Positions 1-10,065 are shown, numbered from the stretch's first letter. The stretch: DNA of 64,000 nucleotides from a bacterium (GCA_021108215.1 JAIORK010000036.1:22948-86947); one strand, 5' to 3'. Numbers and translations: made by a program. Notes: generated from the sequence alone by a model not told the origin.

Positions 1-7
1 ATCACTG

Positions 8-2194
8 ATGAAGTATTCTTTTTGGATTGGACCCGTTTTATTCTGCCTCATGCTCATCACGACGCTGCCGCAAACTGTTAGGGCGGTTCCCCAGGACGGT
101 ATGCGACGTTTTGCGGTGGTGGTCGGGGCCAATGACGGCGGTGAATCCCGCGTTCGTCTGCGCTATGCTGTATCCGATGCCCGGACCGTGATGAAACTTT
201 TTCAAAAAATCGGCGGCGTGTTTCCGCTTGATTGCCGGTTTTTGGTTGAACCCAACCGGGAGACCTTGCTCGCTTCCCTTCAATCACTTCAACGCAAGGT
301 TCGCAAAATTCACGGCCGGACCGGAAAAACCGAGATGATTTTTTACTACTCCGGGCATTCGGATGAAGAGTCCGTACTGCTGGGCGGCGAGAAAGTCTAT
401 TATACTGAAATCAAACATGCCATCGAAGCGGTGAATGCTGATGTACGCATTGCCATTTTGGACTCCTGCTCTTCCGGGGCATTCACCCGGATCAAGGGCG
501 GCAAGACCCGTCCGCCATTTTTGCTGGATGATGCCAACGACATGAAGGGTTCCGCATTTTTAACCTCGAGTTCCTCGGACGAGGTTTCCCAGGAATCGGA
601 CCGGCTGCGCAGCTCATTTTTTACTCATTATCTGGTTTCCGGCATGCGTGGTGCCGCGGATATGAGCCAGGATGGCAAGGTCACACTCAACGAAGCTTAT
701 CAGTATGCCTATCACGAAACCCTGATGAATACCGAAAAAACCATGAGCGGTCCGCAGCATCCCAATTATAACATTCAGATGACCGGCACGGGTGACGTCA
801 TCATGACGGATATCCGTCAGAGTTCGGCGATCATGGTGTTTGACAAAAGTATCCAGGGTCGTATCTTTATACGCGACCACGAAGACCGGTTGGTCCTGGA
901 AATGCGCAAATCCGACGGCAAGTCCATGCAGATCGGTCTCGAAGAAGGCGATTACACAATCAGCTACGAAATAAACCGTGCCTTGTATGCGGCCTCGGTC
1001 CATTTGACCCTTGGTCAGGAATTACACGTCGCAAAGGCGCAGTTTGAAAAAGTGATGCGTGAATCAACCGTGGCACGGGGTAACCCGGCAAAAGCGAAAA
1101 CCGCTTATAAAGACCCGGTGCTCTTTCATGCCGGGGATGCTCAAGTAGTCCCCTGGGATTTTATGTTGATGGCTGAACCGAAAGTCTATAAAAATATTTT
1201 GCATCACAATGCGATCGGACTTTTGGGTGTTTCGAGCGGCAAGGTTGACGGTATTTCCCTGGCTGTGGGGCCGAATATTATTCTTGAAAATAGCCGCGGC
1301 GCTCAAATCTCGGCAATCGGCAATGATACCGGTTGGGATATGCAGGGTGCCCAAATTGGCGGCATTTATAATTTTTTAGGTAAAAGATTGCATGGGGTCC
1401 AGGCAGCCGGGATTTTCAACCAACTGGGCGGTGATCTTCATGGCGTCCAGACAGCCGGTATCTTTAGTATTTGCCGGGGCAATGTCCGGGGTTTTCAAAG
1501 TAGCGGCGTTTATAATATGATTGAGGGCCGTGCCAATGCCGGGCAATTTGCCGGGATTTTCAACCTGACCCACGGCCCCTGCCGGGGAATTCAAGCGGCC
1601 GGGATGGTAAATATTGCAACTACTGAGATGGAAGGCGCTCAACTGTCCGGCGGGATCAATATTGTTCATGGAAAATCCCGGGGCGTTCAAATCGGCATTG
1701 TAAATATTGCAGATGAGCAAAACGGAGTCCCTATCGGTTTGGTCAATCTTGCAAAAAACGGCGGTGTGGGACTGACCACCTGGTGGGATAATCAGAGTGG
1801 TTTTAATCTCGGCGCTAAATTCAGAGCAGGACATTTCTATTCAATCATTGCCGGTAATAAAAAATCTGCGATGGATGATTCGGAAAATGCTTGGGGTGGC
1901 GGTTTTTATTATGGAGTTCAGATTCCTATCACACAAAAATATTATGTAGCAGCGGATACAGGCTTTGTTTTTATAAATCATCGCCCAACTGATACCTTCA
2001 CTGATGATGACTTGCAGATGGCCCAACTCCGGGTAATGGCAGGTGCAACCTTTTACCGGCGCCTTTCAGTATTTGGCGGAGTGGGTAGTGCCTATATTTA
2101 TCGCGCAGAAATTGGCTGGGAAAAAGAAGTATCGGAAAGCATTAAAAAAGATATGCGCCCCCTCTATCTGGCCGGTGCTACACTGCACTTTTAG
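8..2194 (+). CDS. Secreted caspase-domain (peptidase C14-like) protein with a C-terminal repeat domain of about 20 aa units
   Basis: The N-terminus is a signal peptide (MKYSFWIGPVLFCLMLITTLPQTVRA). The caspase-like His/Cys dyad context is present (YYSGHSDEES ... ILDSCSSGAF). The C-terminal half is made of degenerate repeats (GVQAAGIFNQLGGDLHGVQTAGIF...) and ends in a terminal Phe. Confidence 0.6.
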   Translation: MKYSFWIGPVLFCLMLITTLPQTVRAVPQDGMRRFAVVVGANDGGESRVRLRYAVSDARTVMKLFQKIGGVFPLDCRFLVEPNRETLLASLQSLQRKVRKIHGRTGKTEMIFYYSGHSDEESVLLGGEKVYYTEIKHAIEAVNADVRIAILDSCSSGAFTRIKGGKTRPPFLLDDANDMKGSAFLTSSSSDEVSQESDRLRSSFFTHYLVSGMRGAADMSQDGKVTLNEAYQYAYHETLMNTEKTMSGPQHPNYNIQMTGTGDVIMTDIRQSSAIMVFDKSIQGRIFIRDHEDRLVLEMRKSDGKSMQIGLEEGDYTISYEINRALYAASVHLTLGQELHVAKAQFEKVMRESTVARGNPAKAKTAYKDPVLFHAGDAQVVPWDFMLMAEPKVYKNILHHNAIGLLGVSSGKVDGISLAVGPNIILENSRGAQISAIGNDTGWDMQGAQIGGIYNFLGKRLHGVQAAGIFNQLGGDLHGVQTAGIFSICRGNVRGFQSSGVYNMIEGRANAGQFAGIFNLTHGPCRGIQAAGMVNIATTEMEGAQLSGGINIVHGKSRGVQIGIVNIADEQNGVPIGLVNLAKNGGVGLTTWWDNQSGFNLGAKFRAGHFYSIIAGNKKSAMDDSENAWGGGFYYGVQIPITQKYYVAADTGFVFINHRPTDTFTDDDLQMAQLRVMAGATFYRRLSVFGGVGSAYIYRAEIGWEKEVSESIKKDMRPLYLAGATLHF

Positions 2195-2235
2195 GAAAGT
2201 TATATCAGTGACGATGTGTGATTGTCATAGCATGG

Positions 2236-2778
2236 CTATTTCTTAAATAACATTGTTATACTAAATGCAATATTGGGAGGTGTCTCTGTTTTGAATCCCA
2301 ATGCCTGTGCCACCTGTATGGTTTTTTCAAAATCATGTGCGGAAACATGGATTTTGGGCTCTGTAATCAGCAGCCGTCCCCCTGGCTTCAAGTTGCCAAA
2401 AATTTGCTTAAGAAATTCCTGTATATCCGGCACTTCATGCGCCACCCAGAATACATTGGCAAAATCGACTGCTACAGTAATATCGAGACTGTCCTGTCGG
2501 CACTGATGCAATACAATCCGGTCCGCCACCCCAAATTTTTTCGCGCGCTTTTGGGTCATGGACAGCATGGCTGCCTGCATATCCACTGCATGCACATGTC
2601 CCCGGCCCTGTAGGAGCCTGGCCAGCCGCAGGGTGGTAAATCCACCCCCGCAGCCGATATCCAGGACTTCCATGCCCGGTTTGATATAAGGACTGTAAAT
2701 TTTCTCTATATTGTGGATCAGATTGCGCACCGGATTGTCAAAAGTCCAGACAAACCACCAGGGACACACATGCGGCAT
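2236..2778 (-). CDS. Class I SAM-dependent methyltransferase
   Basis: Motif I is present (VLDIGCGGGFTTLRLA) and the overall length and fold fit a Rossmann methyltransferase. Confidence 0.7.
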   Translation of the reverse strand: MPHVCPWWFVWTFDNPVRNLIHNIEKIYSPYIKPGMEVLDIGCGGGFTTLRLARLLQGRGHVHAVDMQAAMLSMTQKRAKKFGVADRIVLHQCRQDSLDITVAVDFANVFWVAHEVPDIQEFLKQIFGNLKPGGRLLITEPKIHVSAHDFEKTIQVAQALGFKTETPPNIAFSITMLFKK

Positions 2779-2878
2779 AAGATTTTCCTTTCAAATCATT
2801 TTTCCGGCCGGGTGTCCAACACCATACCGAGCAACATGCATCGGCTTCCCAAAGCCGCGATATGTTGTTGCCTGCACC

Positions 2879-3085
2879 TCACGACTTTCTTTTACACGTC
2901 GACCCGCCGAACAACGTATACAAGGGACAAAACCCTATAAAACTTGTCATTACAAAGACAACCGCAAACACCATGAGCACAATTCCCAGTGTCCCCTTTA
3001 AAACACCGCCGATAAACAAGCCGGTAATGACCAAAGCAATCACAATACGCAAAATACGATCAAGACTTCCCATATTCAATTTCAT
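2879..3085 (-). CDS. DUF2892 (YgaP-like) small membrane protein
   Basis: It has two TM helices and the conserved FCPLY motif (FIGFCPLYTLFG). A GGGAGG RBS lies 7 nt upstream of the internal ATG (MKLNMGS...), so the start was placed at 3085 rather than the ORF-track start at 3139. Confidence 0.6.
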   Translation of the reverse strand: MKLNMGSLDRILRIVIALVITGLFIGGVLKGTLGIVLMVFAVVFVMTSFIGFCPLYTLFGGSTCKRKS

Positions 3086-3367
3086 ACCACACCTCCCGGA
3101 CTGCCTTAATGCTTGGGTAATTTTACAATGCTCTGCCAAGAGATTCCAGCAATAAATGCTTGTAACCCTTTATGACCGCTGTATCTGTATAATCCTTACA
3201 TGTGCCCTGATTTTTTTTTCAAAATTTAATTCCCCCTCGGCTCACGTCCATTATGTTCGCACCGGCATAACAACTCGATTTATTGCGGATGATGTTTGAT
3301 TTTTAATCTTGTCTCATCCGGGTAAAAAATGCGACAATAAAATATTCGATTTTATTGGAGTGTTTCC

Positions 3368-4213
3368 ATGTTAAAACGTTTTTTTCTTATTTCATTGATA
3401 GCTTTATTTTTGCTGCCGGCGCTTGTCCAGGCCAAAAACCTGGTCCGGATTGGTGAAAACGCGATTGTTACAGTCGAACTGGAGTTACAAGATGTGGTTG
3501 TCATCAATGGCGATGCCGAAATTTCCGGCCGCGTACTGGGCAACGTGATTGTCATTGGCGGCGACATTGTGCTCAATCCCTCAGCGTATGTCAGCGGCGA
3601 TGTGGTCTGTCTGGGCGGCATCCTCAAGAGCAGCACCGCAGCGATCATCAAAGGCTCCAAAGTGGAAATCGGCGGGAAAATCAGCTGGAAATCACTCCCT
3701 TATTTTTCTATCGCAAAGCTTATGTTCCTTAGCTTCTTATATAAAATCTCTACCGCCGTTATCCTGGTACTGCTGTGTGTATTTTTTGTACTGATGTGGC
3801 CCAATCAAATCCGCTATGCCGCGCAAGAGGCTTCCCACGATCTGGTCAAATCCATTCTGGTGGGGATTTTTGCAGTCGCGTTGCTGGTTCCCCTGGGGAT
3901 CGGATTTGCCATTACCTTATTCGGACTCCCCATCGCCTTTGCCATTTTGGTTTTTCTCCTGATTGCCAGCTGGTTTGGCATTGCCAGTATGGCCTATCTG
4001 GTCGGCACAAAAATCTCCAACCGTTTCTCGCCTTTGGTCGCGGTTATTTTTGGCCTGCTCATTCTTAAATTTGTTCATTTCGTCCCCTTCATCGGCTTCA
4101 TCCTTTACTTCATTGCCATTTTGCCCGGTCTGGGCGCGATTCTCCTGACGCGGTTCGGCACCAACCGGCCCTGGATGGGATCCAAAAACGAAAAATCCTC
4201 TAAAAAAAAATAG
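3368..4213 (+). CDS. Membrane protein with an N-terminal bactofilin-like beta-helix repeat domain and a C-terminal polytopic TM domain
   Basis: A signal peptide is followed by repeated V.G.V/I.G blocks (VVINGDAEISGRVLGNVIVIGGDIVLNPSAYVSGDVVCLGGIL) typical of the bactofilin/DUF583 fold. Four to five hydrophobic helices and a Lys-rich tail follow. A GGAG RBS is present. Confidence 0.5.
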   Translation: MLKRFFLISLIALFLLPALVQAKNLVRIGENAIVTVELELQDVVVINGDAEISGRVLGNVIVIGGDIVLNPSAYVSGDVVCLGGILKSSTAAIIKGSKVEIGGKISWKSLPYFSIAKLMFLSFLYKISTAVILVLLCVFFVLMWPNQIRYAAQEASHDLVKSILVGIFAVALLVPLGIGFAITLFGLPIAFAILVFLLIASWFGIASMAYLVGTKISNRFSPLVAVIFGLLILKFVHFVPFIGFILYFIAILPGLGAILLTRFGTNRPWMGSKNEKSSKKK

Positions 4214-4379
4214 GTCCATCACGGCTGTCATTTGCATATCAAAATCCCGGCATGGTTCCTAGACTGTCCCTTGCACAAATTTATTTTAATAACCGGCATT
4301 TCAAGTAACAAATTCTCCACCTCCCGGTGTTTCACCAATAGAAGCAACAATCACCATTTTAAATATAGGAGGCACTATC

Positions 4380-5162
4380 ATGAGAAAAAAACTATCTATT
4401 CTGGCATGGGTCATTCCCCTATTCCTGGCTATGCAGATTCAGGCTGAGACCATGCCAACCGCAGTGGGCACACCAAGTCCTGCAGCAGAACAATCCGTCA
4501 TTCCTGAAACAACACCCACACCTGAGCCCCAACCGGTTGTTTCCAAGCCGGCAATGCTGACTGAGAAAGAAACCGCCATGATTGAAAATCCAGAATCATC
4601 CTACAAAATCAACAGCCTGTTTGAAGGCCGCATCACCTCAAACGGCGGATACGGTACTGCGGGTTATAAACCCACCCGTATCGACGGAGAGACCGGACAC
4701 ATGATCGGCGGCCGGGGTGGCTGGATCATTAACCATTCACTCATGATCGGCGGTGCGGGCTATAACCTGGCCGATTCCCAGATCCAGCGTGAGTTTGACG
4801 GTGAGATGAAGAAGCTCCATTTTGGTTACGGCGGTATTGAGTTGGGGTACACTTTTTTCTCGGATCAGTTGATCCATCTTGTGGTGCACACTTTGTTTGC
4901 CGGTGGCGGTATCGGCACCCTGGACAAAGTTTATGCTGATGAAGACGAAGACGGTAATAAAAAACATACTTGGGAAGGTCCGGTAGATACGGTCTTTGTG
5001 GTCGAACCCATGATCTATGCCGAGCTAAATGTAACCGAATGGTTCCGGGTCTGCCTGGGCGGCGGTTACCGGCATGTAGAAGGCTGTGAGCTCAAGGGCG
5101 TGAGCAATCAAGACCTGAGCGGTGCTTCCGCCGAACTACTCTTCAAATTCGGATATTTTTAA
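4380..5162 (+). CDS. Secreted protein, possibly outer-membrane beta-barrel; function unknown
   Basis: It has a signal peptide (LFLAMQIQA), a Pro/Thr-rich linker, Gly/aromatic-rich strands and a C-terminal GYF aromatic terminus. An AGGAGG RBS is present. Confidence 0.45.
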   Translation: MRKKLSILAWVIPLFLAMQIQAETMPTAVGTPSPAAEQSVIPETTPTPEPQPVVSKPAMLTEKETAMIENPESSYKINSLFEGRITSNGGYGTAGYKPTRIDGETGHMIGGRGGWIINHSLMIGGAGYNLADSQIQREFDGEMKKLHFGYGGIELGYTFFSDQLIHLVVHTLFAGGGIGTLDKVYADEDEDGNKKHTWEGPVDTVFVVEPMIYAELNVTEWFRVCLGGGYRHVEGCELKGVSNQDLSGASAELLFKFGYF

Positions 5163-5183
5163 TCGTAAAAATCCACAGGCTTA

Positions 5184-5199
5184 CCCGGCATTCGCCGGG
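5184..5199. repeat. GC-rich hairpin motif CCCGGCATTCGCCGGG, copy 1 of a dispersed REP-like repeat
   Basis: The same 16-mer palindrome recurs at 44129-44144 and, reverse-complemented, at 7826-7838, always in intergenic DNA downstream of genes. Confidence 0.5.
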
Positions 5200-5770
5200 C
5201 AAGCTGCCCATTGTATTCGCGCCGGCACGATAAAAAAACAACAACAAGGCCAGGCAGGACATATCCCCGGCTTGGCCTTGTTATATTTCCAGTAAATAGG
5301 CCACCCGCAAGCCGGCACGATAAACATCCGCCCAATGGGATTGCTGTTTGGCTTCAGGTTAATGAAAATCCTGCCAACGGATATTCCGGTGTTTCACATA
5401 ATCATCCCAGACGATCCGCTTGTGCTGAAGTCCGGCTGCCTGAAAAAACATTTCCAATGCAGGTATGGTGAGCAGCGTAAGCATACTTAAGGATTTCCCT
5501 TTGGAATCTTTCGCGCTTTCCTGCAGACAATAATCCCGTTTCTGCGTTTGGGAGCATTATAGCACCAACCCAAACTTTTCTCTGCGTCTGTAAAATGATT
5601 TTTTCATCAGTCTTTCGCCGGCATTCTTTTTTCCGTCCCCGCGTTACCTGTATTCGGCATTTCTATAAAAATGCATTAATGGGTTGATTTTTCTTTGAAA
5701 TATGGTAAAACGTCTATTCTCACGATCTTATTTATCCAAGACACATTCTCAATAGCTGGAGGGCACAAAC

Positions 5771-7702
5771 ATGACAGAACCAACTGTAGAAAAACTTGAA
5801 TTCAAAACTGAGGTCAGCCAACTGCTTGATCTTGTGGTCCATTCCCTTTACTCGCACAAGGATATTTTTCTGCGCGAGCTCATTTCCAATGCCTCGGATG
5901 CGATTGACAAACTCCGTTATCAGGCTGTAACCCAGAGTGATCTTACGGGTGATGATGCTGACTGGAAAATAAAAATCAGCCTGGACAAAGAAAACAACAC
6001 ACTCACCCTTTCCGACAACGGCATCGGCATGAATCATGATGATCTGGTCAATAATCTCGGTACCATTGCCAAATCCGGCACCAAAGAGTTTTTGGCCACC
6101 TTACAGCAAAGCAAGGATAATGTTAATCTCATCGGTCAATTCGGCGTAGGCTTTTATGCCTCCTTCATGGTCGCTGACAAGGTCGAGGTGGTTTCCAAGC
6201 CACCCCAGGACCCGGCGCACCGCTGGGTCTCGGACGGCAAACAGGGCTTTGAGATCACGCCGGATGACAAATCCAAGCGCGGCACGGATATTATCCTTCA
6301 TCTCAATGAAGAAAACCGGACCTATCTGGAAGAATATGAAATCCGCTCTCTGGTTAAAAAATACTCTGATTTTGTCGAGTTCCCGATTTTAATGGATGTG
6401 GAACGTGAGGAAACCCCGCAAGATGCCGAGGGCAAACCGATCGAGAATGCCAAACCAGAGAAAAAAATCATCACCGAGACGCTCAACTCTATGAAAGCAA
6501 TCTGGGCCAAACAAAAAAAAGATGTCACCCCGGAAGAATATCATGAATTTTACCGGCATGTTTCCCATGATTTCACCGATCCTCTAGAAACCATTCATTA
6601 TCACGCTGAGGGAACCATTGAATTCAAAGCCCTCATTTATATTCCCAGTCAGGCACCTTTTGATCTTTTTATGCGCGATTCCCAAAAGGGCATCCAATTA
6701 TATATCAACCGGATTTTTATCATGAGTGATGCCAAAAAACTTATTCCAGCATACCTGCGCTTTCTCAGAGGGGTTGTGGATACCAGTGATCTGCCGCTGA
6801 ATGTCTCGCGCGAAATGATTCAGCAGGATGCCCAGTTGGAAAAAATCAGTAAAAATATTGTCAAGAAAACCCTGGCTACACTCAAAACCATGAAGGATAA
6901 GGATTTTGATAAATATCTGAAATTTTACAAAACCTTCGGCACGGCATTAAAAGAAGGCTTGCACTATGATCATGATAACCGGGAAGCCATTGCCGAACTG
7001 CTGCTTTTTGAGAGCACCAAAACCGAGCCGGGTCAGCTGCGTTCCCTTGATCAGTATTGTTCGGATATGCCGTCTGAACAAACCGCCATCTATTATCATA
7101 CTGCCGAGGACCGGGCATTGGCACTCGCTTCGCCCTATCTGGAAACTTTCCAATCCAAAAATTGGGAAGTCCTGCTCATGTTGGAAGCCATTGATGAAAT
7201 TGTTCTGCCTGATCTTTTTGAATACAAGAAAAAACCGGTCAAACCGATCAATCGCGGGGATGTTGATTTAAGCAGCGAAGAAAAAGAAAAAGCCGAGGCA
7301 GCTCAAAAAAAAGCCAATGAAACCTATAAAGATCTACTCGCTTATATACAGAAAAAACTTGAAAATAATATCAAAGAAGTCCGTTTTTCAAAATTACTCA
7401 AAGACAGCCCGGCCTGCCTGGCATTGGATGATGCCGGCATGACCCGCCAAATGCAGGAACTCTTTAAAGCCATGGGCAAAGAGTCGCCTGAACAAAAAAA
7501 CATTCTGGAACTCAATCCCAATCATAAGGTTGTAGAAACCATGAACACGCTTTTCCAGGAAAACCAAGCCTCAGAAAAATTATCCGACTATGTCTCTTTG
7601 ATCTACGATCAGTCGCTGCTTACCGCCGGGTTCAAGGTCAAAGATCCCCTGGCATTTTCAAAAAGGCTGACACAATTGATGGTGGGACCAACCGCTTCCT
7701 AA
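5771..7702 (+). CDS. htpG: Molecular chaperone HtpG (Hsp90)
   Basis: The Bergerat ATP-binding motifs are present (LRELISNASDAIDKLRY, GQFGVGFYS). It is 643 aa with a GGAGG RBS. Confidence 0.95.
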   Translation: MTEPTVEKLEFKTEVSQLLDLVVHSLYSHKDIFLRELISNASDAIDKLRYQAVTQSDLTGDDADWKIKISLDKENNTLTLSDNGIGMNHDDLVNNLGTIAKSGTKEFLATLQQSKDNVNLIGQFGVGFYASFMVADKVEVVSKPPQDPAHRWVSDGKQGFEITPDDKSKRGTDIILHLNEENRTYLEEYEIRSLVKKYSDFVEFPILMDVEREETPQDAEGKPIENAKPEKKIITETLNSMKAIWAKQKKDVTPEEYHEFYRHVSHDFTDPLETIHYHAEGTIEFKALIYIPSQAPFDLFMRDSQKGIQLYINRIFIMSDAKKLIPAYLRFLRGVVDTSDLPLNVSREMIQQDAQLEKISKNIVKKTLATLKTMKDKDFDKYLKFYKTFGTALKEGLHYDHDNREAIAELLLFESTKTEPGQLRSLDQYCSDMPSEQTAIYYHTAEDRALALASPYLETFQSKNWEVLLMLEAIDEIVLPDLFEYKKKPVKPINRGDVDLSSEEKEKAEAAQKKANETYKDLLAYIQKKLENNIKEVRFSKLLKDSPACLALDDAGMTRQMQELFKAMGKESPEQKNILELNPNHKVVETMNTLFQENQASEKLSDYVSLIYDQSLLTAGFKVKDPLAFSKRLTQLMVGPTAS

Positions 7703-7705
7703 AAA

Positions 7706-7738
7706 ATCGCTTGGGCGGGATTTCCCCGCCCAAGCGAT
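7706..7738 (+). terminator. Perfect 13/14-bp stem-loop immediately after the htpG stop
   Basis: The sequence is atcgcttgggcggg-atttc-cccgcccaagcgat. There is no clear U-tract, so its terminator function is only putative. Confidence 0.4.
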
Positions 7739-7788
7739 CACCTTGCCAAAACATCCTGTTCAACATGTAAAGAAATCCCCGCACTCTT

Positions 7789-7847
7789 GCCCGGCGGACT
7801 TGCCCAGCTTGCCCTGCGTATGCGGGGGCGAATGCCGGGTGCCGGGT
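7789..7847. repeat. REP-like GC-rich dispersed repeat (rearranged copy)
   Basis: Its reverse complement shares the blocks cccggcattcgcc, caagtccgccgg and tacgcagggc with the element at 44129-44175. Confidence 0.45.
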
Positions 7848-7864
7848 CAAAACAAATGACCCTA

Positions 7865-8563
7865 CTAAAATTTCTGTTCCTCAGCCCCGTACCAGGTTTT
7901 GCCGGTCTCGCCAAACGGTTTAGCCAGTAATTCCAGAATCCGAACAGCGCCGTCAACCGGCTCGCCGGGCGCATTGGAACCACCCATATCAGTTTTAAGC
8001 CATCCCGGGTCCAGACTGTTGACCGCCACTTTACCCTGGAGTGCAGTGGCCCACATCATGGTCAATCCGTTCAAAGCGTATTTACTCAAACGATAGCTAA
8101 TCATATCTTTTTCCGTCTGCACCGCTTTTTTGGTTCCGGCACCGGACGAAACATTAATAATCCGGGGTTCCTGACCTTTTTCCAGCCAAGGCAGCAATGT
8201 CCTTATCATCTGCTGAGGACTGTACAAGTTGGTCCACATGGTTTTCTCCATGATTTCCAGGGTATCTTCCTTCGGATGAAGCGTATAGGTCATCACACCG
8301 GCATTATTAATCAGCACATCCAGGCTTCCCCAGTTTTCTTCGACCCAGCTTGCCGCTGCCTGGGCAGCATCAGGATTGCACACGTCGAGGACCAATCCCT
8401 GAAAATCCCCTTTCTCTTCGAGCAAAGCAGCGGTGACTGCCATGCGCTCCTTATCGCGCGAGATCCCCAAAAGGCGGACACCCTTTTCCAATAATAACTT
8501 CGCCGTCTCCCGCCCGATACCACGCGAAACACCGGTTAAAATAATTTTTTTATTTTTGAGCAT
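7865..8563 (-). CDS. SDR family oxidoreductase
   Basis: It has the N-terminal TGxxxGIG dinucleotide-binding motif (ILTGVSRGIGRETAKLL) and a YxxxK context (YRLSKYAL). Confidence 0.8.
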   Translation of the reverse strand: MLKNKKIILTGVSRGIGRETAKLLLEKGVRLLGISRDKERMAVTAALLEEKGDFQGLVLDVCNPDAAQAAASWVEENWGSLDVLINNAGVMTYTLHPKEDTLEIMEKTMWTNLYSPQQMIRTLLPWLEKGQEPRIINVSSGAGTKKAVQTEKDMISYRLSKYALNGLTMMWATALQGKVAVNSLDPGWLKTDMGGSNAPGEPVDGAVRILELLAKPFGETGKTWYGAEEQKF

Positions 8564-8606
8564 AATACCGCCTCACAAAAAAAACATATACTATTTTAAT
8601 GATTAT

Positions 8607-9167
8607 TCAACTCCAAACGATGTTCCATCTCCATTCCTGAGGATTGCCCTCATCAAGACTAACCCGAATATTTTTCAGCCCTAAAATATCTCCCATGCCA
8701 AAAAGATAACCAGTCATATACACGCGCATGTTGGCGTCATAGCCCGGAAAATCACGCAGAACAAAGACCGCCGTGTTTTTTCCCTCACTCTCGATTGAAG
8801 CCTCACCTTCCCGATAAAAACTATGCCATAATTGCGCCACCCGCTTGAAAATAAATTGCGGCGTAGGAATCCGAATAAAAATTTGATAAAACCGGGGCAA
8901 CCCTTCCTTGGCCATTATTTTTCCTGTCTCCCAGAGTGCTTTTTGCAGGTTCCCGGGAAAAAGGACTTTACAGCCTTCATATAAAAATGTTCCCTCATAT
9001 GCCAGTTCCGTCTCAATCCAGGAAATCGCCAGTGTCGTGGATTCCCATATTTTCAATGCTTCCGGCGAAAGATTTTTTTCGAGCTGTTTTATTGCCTCCG
9101 GCCCTTTGTCTTCAATCAATTTTTTAAGTATAATTAATCCGGTTCCTTTAATTTTTGTCATCGTCAT
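8607..9167 (-). CDS. Hypothetical protein (possibly DUF2378-like)
   Basis: It is a 186-aa ORF with coding-like composition. No catalytic motif was recognised. Confidence 0.4.
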   Translation of the reverse strand: MTMTKIKGTGLIILKKLIEDKGPEAIKQLEKNLSPEALKIWESTTLAISWIETELAYEGTFLYEGCKVLFPGNLQKALWETGKIMAKEGLPRFYQIFIRIPTPQFIFKRVAQLWHSFYREGEASIESEGKNTAVFVLRDFPGYDANMRVYMTGYLFGMGDILGLKNIRVSLDEGNPQEWRWNIVWS

Positions 9168-9306
9168 CTCCTGAGTGTGGGGGCCTGCCGCTTCATTTCA
9201 ACCGGTACTGAAGCAGACATTAGAACTATTCCCTGATAAATTCTGTATAATTTAAGTTTATGAGGGATAAAAGTGCTTTGTCAAGCGCCATATCCCCTCC
9301 CCGGCT

Positions 9307-9513
9307 TCAGACCTTTTGAGTCCGGTTATTTCTCATGATACCGGCGATGGAAAAAATGACTAAAACAATTGCAAGTACTGTCCCCGGGGTGATCACCTCC
9401 CCCAGAATAATCCATCCTAAAAAAACTGCGATGACTGGATTAACATAGGTATTGGTGGTAACCAGCTTGTATTTAAAAATGCCCGACCAATATCTTGATA
9501 CCAATACCTGCAA
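9307..9513 (-). pseudogene. 3' remnant of an EamA/DMT-family transporter gene
   Basis: The 68-aa ORF encodes only the last two TM helices of an EamA domain (NPVIAVFLGWIILGEVIT...). It overlaps the 3' end of mntP and has no upstream continuation. Confidence 0.3.
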
Positions 9514-10030
9514 GAATCAACCCTCCCAATATTTCCATGCGTTTCCCCAAAGCCAAACCAAACCGGCAACCAATTTCCAATCCCACCACAGTCATCCCTG
9601 CCGCAACCAAACCAATCAATCCGGCCGGCCAAAAAATGGGTGTCTCAAGTACTGAAAACCCAATTCCAACAACCAAAGCATCAATGCTGGTTGCAATAGC
9701 CAAAGTTAATAAAATCCAACCCTTGGTTGGATCGCCAGATTTCCGCTTTCTATCCGCACCTTGCATACTATCCCAAATCATATGCAACCCCACCAGCAAC
9801 AGCAATATACAAGCAATCCAATGAGATATATCCCTGAAATATCCTACAAATACAGACGCAGCCTTCCAACCGATCACCGACATAGTAAACTGAAAAAATC
9901 CGAACGCCCCTGCCATTCTCATGGTTTGTGTTAAGTTCGGCCGGCATAATTTCACACCCGTGGCGATAGCTACTGCAAAGGCATCCATGCCTAAACCCAC
10001 AGCTACACCTAAAAGCATCCAAAATGACAT
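9473..10030 (-). CDS. mntP: Manganese efflux pump MntP
   Basis: It shows the DUF204 duplicated-domain pattern, with GMDAFAVAIATG and a second SIDALVVGIGFS motif. It is 185 aa with six TM helices. Confidence 0.8.
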   Translation of the reverse strand: MSFWMLLGVAVGLGMDAFAVAIATGVKLCRPNLTQTMRMAGAFGFFQFTMSVIGWKAASVFVGYFRDISHWIACILLLLVGLHMIWDSMQGADRKRKSGDPTKGWILLTLAIATSIDALVVGIGFSVLETPIFWPAGLIGLVAAGMTVVGLEIGCRFGLALGKRMEILGGLILAGIGIKILVGHF

Positions 10031-10065
10031 ATGATATCCCTCTTTGATGAAAATCCGTGTAACAT

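Noticed and set aside
3352-3660. 102-aa minus-strand ORF overlapping the start of the bactofilin-like membrane protein gene
   Set aside because: It is antisense to a gene with a signal peptide and RBS. Its translation is Ser/Thr/Pro-rich low-complexity sequence.
5480-5770. Sigma-32 heat-shock promoter upstream of htpG
   Set aside because: A TTGAAA hexamer is present but no CCCCAT-like -10 lies at the right spacing. I could not support a call.
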